From NCBI GenBank assembly GCA_039028435.1, contig JBCCIC010000019.1, forward strand, positions 6,053 through 70,052: a stretch of DNA of 64,000 bases, given 5' to 3'. Origin of the DNA: Actinomycetota bacterium. Lineage in GTDB: Bacteria > Actinomycetota > Acidimicrobiia > Acidimicrobiales > UBA10347. The position numbers were made by a program, and so were the translations under genes. Positions within the stretch are counted from its first letter, which is position 1. Each line of letters opens with the position of its first letter. Below the pieces are notes generated by a model. The model saw only the letters and a list, made by a program, of their open reading frames with translations. It did no database searches and was not told where the DNA came from. Positions 62,080 through 64,000 of this stretch are shown one piece after another.

Positions 62080-63096
62080 ATGGCAAGTGCAGATCCCTTC
62101 AGCGAACCGTTCGGCACCCTCTTCGGCGACCAGATCACCGTGGCCCGGGGCGGCCCTGACGGCTACGTGTATTCGGGCTCTGCCGAACCGCTCACCGACT
62201 TCTCGCTGCACCCCGGAACCCACGTGCTGCACTACGGCAGCGCATGCTTCGAAGGCCTCAAGGCGCACAAGCAGGCCGATGGATCCGTGGCGATCTTCCG
62301 ACTCGATGACCACGTCCAACGCTTCATCAACTCGATCACGCTGCTCCGGCTGCCGGTCCCCGACGCCGACCTCCTCCGCCGGATGATGCTCGATGCTGCC
62401 GCGGCCAACATCCATCACACGCCCGATCAGCCCGGTTCGCTTTACCTGCGTCCGACGATCATCGGCACCGACCCGAACATCGGCGCCGCCGCAGCCCCGT
62501 CACAGCATGCGCTGCTCTACATCCTCACGAGCCCGGTCGGCGACTACTTCGCCGGCGGCATTCGCCCTCTGAGCCTGCTGCTCGAAACGAAGACCCCGCG
62601 CACGACGCCGCAGTTCGGATCGATCAAGAGCGGCGCCAACTACGTGATGGCCCTCGGCCCGACACTCGACGCCAAAGCCGATCACGGGGTCGATCAGGTC
62701 CTGTTCGCGACCGACGGCGACGCGACCGAGACTGGTGCCGCCAACTTCTTCATGATCAACGACACCAGCTTGATCACCCGGAATCTCGACAACTCGTTCC
62801 TGCACGGTGTGACCCGCGCCTCGATCATCCAGGTCGCCAGCGACCTCGGGTACTCGGTCGAAGAACGCACCGTGCCGGCATCGGAGATCATCGACGCAAC
62901 CGACGACACCGAGATGTTCCTGTCCGGCACGGCGGCCGTGATCGCACCGGTTGGCAACCTGATCCACGAGGGCGAGACCCTGCAGGTTCGCGACGGTCAG
63001 CCGGGCCCGAACACGCTGCGACTGCGCGAGGCACTGGTTGCTGTCCAGAGCGGCGCAGCCGAGGACACCCACGGCTGGCGCACCACCGTCGGCTGA
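62080..63096 (+). CDS. ilvE: branched-chain amino acid aminotransferase (fold type IV)
   Basis: HYGSACFEGLKA ... YLRPT ... GANY ... GVTR ... LSGTAAVIAPV. Confidence 0.85.
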   Translation: MASADPFSEPFGTLFGDQITVARGGPDGYVYSGSAEPLTDFSLHPGTHVLHYGSACFEGLKAHKQADGSVAIFRLDDHVQRFINSITLLRLPVPDADLLRRMMLDAAAANIHHTPDQPGSLYLRPTIIGTDPNIGAAAAPSQHALLYILTSPVGDYFAGGIRPLSLLLETKTPRTTPQFGSIKSGANYVMALGPTLDAKADHGVDQVLFATDGDATETGAANFFMINDTSLITRNLDNSFLHGVTRASIIQVASDLGYSVEERTVPASEIIDATDDTEMFLSGTAAVIAPVGNLIHEGETLQVRDGQPGPNTLRLREALVAVQSGAAEDTHGWRTTVG

Positions 63097-63108
63097 CCTC
63101 TACTGCAG

Positions 63109-63615
63109 CTAGGTCGCCAAAGCGGTCACGACCGCGACGGTGTTGCTCGCCATGATCGTGGCGGCCCACCGATTCATCGAGGAGCGAAGCTCCGAACGCA
63201 TGTCCGACATCTCGGCGCGCAACTCGCCGGCCAGACCCGTGATGCGTCCGTCGAGTGCTACAAGACGCCCATCGACCACGGCGAATCGTTCGTTGACCTC
63301 GGAGCGGAACTTTGACATCTCCAGGCGCAGATCGGCCATGTCCGCCTTCAACTCGGTTCGCAGCTCGGCCATGTCCGTCTTCAACTCGGTTCGCAGCTCG
63401 GACATCTCCGTCTTCAACTCGGTCCGGAGGTCGGCCATGTCCGCGGCGACCTCGGAGCGGTTGGCACCCATCTCGCGCTGAAACCAGGGGATCGTGACCA
63501 GCTGGTCAGAGGGTTCGTTGGGCAAGAGATCCATCAGCGTGTCCGCTGACTGTTGTCCGAGCGTCTCGCTGAGCGAGTCGTAGAGGTCTCGACGATCGCG
63601 TTCGGTCGTGGCCAT
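63109..63615 (-). CDS. coiled-coil protein with 11-residue repeats and C-terminal TM anchor
   Basis: ELRTELKTEMSELRTELKTDMAELRTELKADMADLRLEM. C-terminal WAATIMASNTVAVVTALA. Confidence 0.7.
   Translation of the reverse strand: MATTERDRRDLYDSLSETLGQQSADTLMDLLPNEPSDQLVTIPWFQREMGANRSEVAADMADLRTELKTEMSELRTELKTDMAELRTELKADMADLRLEMSKFRSEVNERFAVVDGRLVALDGRITGLAGELRAEMSDMRSELRSSMNRWAATIMASNTVAVVTALAT
63337..63445. repeat. 33-bp tandem repeat, about 3.3 copies, in-frame
   Basis: Units at 63337, 63370 and 63403 (CATGTCCGYCTTCAACTCGGTTCGCAGCTCGGM). Confidence 0.85.
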
Positions 63616-63727
63616 GGGTCTTCATTCCAGTCCTGGAAGCACATGTGCACGGGAGGAAGTCCTGAACGCGGGTCTTCGAACGCAACGATCACGGTAGCGG
63701 TGCAGTGGGATGCTGTCGAACGAGCGA

Positions 63728-64000
63728 CTAGCCCGGCGGATCACCGTCGGTCGCCCAGGCGCTCAGCCGCCGATAGCCGAGCAGCCGGCCCACCGCCACC
63801 GCCGAGGTCTCACGCACGTAGTCGTTGGTCGTCGCACCAATCGACGTCGGCGACACGTAGGCCTCGAGCCCGAGGTCATCGGCGATCGAACGCAGCCGGT
63901 AGCTGTGGTAGCCCTCGGAGACCAGGAGCGCCGAGGTCAGGTTCCGCTCGTCCATCTGCGCGACGGTCGCGGAAAGCTGCTGGTAGGTGTCGGCGCCATC
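63728..64000 (-). CDS. DUF218/YdcF-like protein, C-terminal part (5-prime end beyond the window)
   Basis: Frame is open to position 64000. LLVSEGYHSYRLRSIADDLGLEAY. Confidence 0.6.
   Translation of the reverse strand, partial: DGADTYQQLSATVAQMDERNLTSALLVSEGYHSYRLRSIADDLGLEAYVSPTSIGATTNDYVRETSAVAVGRLLGYRRLSAWATDGDPPG

Noticed and set aside
1-64000. CRISPR arrays
   Set aside because: No regularly spaced direct repeats with unique spacers were seen. The only tandem repeats are short coding repeats (17114-17138, 63337-63445) and low-complexity Gly/Asp/His codon runs.

Overview
High-GC, Actinomycetota-like chromosomal window. About 5.7-53.2 kb is a siphovirus-type temperate prophage. On the minus strand it has a lysogeny operon: a CI-like repressor, an Ltp-type superinfection-exclusion lipoprotein, then membrane and trypsin-fold cargo. 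On the plus strand it has a Cro-like gene, an excisionase-like HTH, a YqaJ exonuclease/RecT/SSB module, a clamp-like protein, an orphan methyltransferase, a DnaA-C-like HTH, an HNH nuclease, a WhiB-like protein and a PD-(D/E)XK nuclease. These are followed by TerS, TerL, portal, scaffold, capsid, head-tail genes, major tail protein, a tail chaperone with a -1 frameshift site, tape measure, tail tip, a collagen-like fibre and a lysis cassette. The prophage ends at a tRNA 3-prime fragment (53169-53204). No integrase, attL or intact tRNA lies in the window. The left junction abuts the truncated 5-prime end of a 3-hydroxyacyl-CoA dehydrogenase gene. Two accessory islands interrupt the late operon, one between terS and terL (24.6-28.2 kb) and one between the tail chaperone and the tape measure (40.1-42.3 kb, with a Panacea/DUF4065 pair and a TIGR02391-like protein). 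Positions 1-5.6 kb carry an OLD-family ATPase-TOPRIM nuclease, a lipoprotein/membrane pair, a cytoplasmic trypsin-fold protease and a 1.4 kb hairpin-rich stretch with no convincing ORF. Positions 53.3-64 kb are ordinary host genes: WD40, COG0523 GTPase with a Zur-like box, secreted LamG-like protein, MMPL transporter, FAD oxidase, cupin, enoyl-CoA hydratase and IlvE-like aminotransferase. All calls rest on motif reading of the supplied ORF translations and the DNA; no database search was run.
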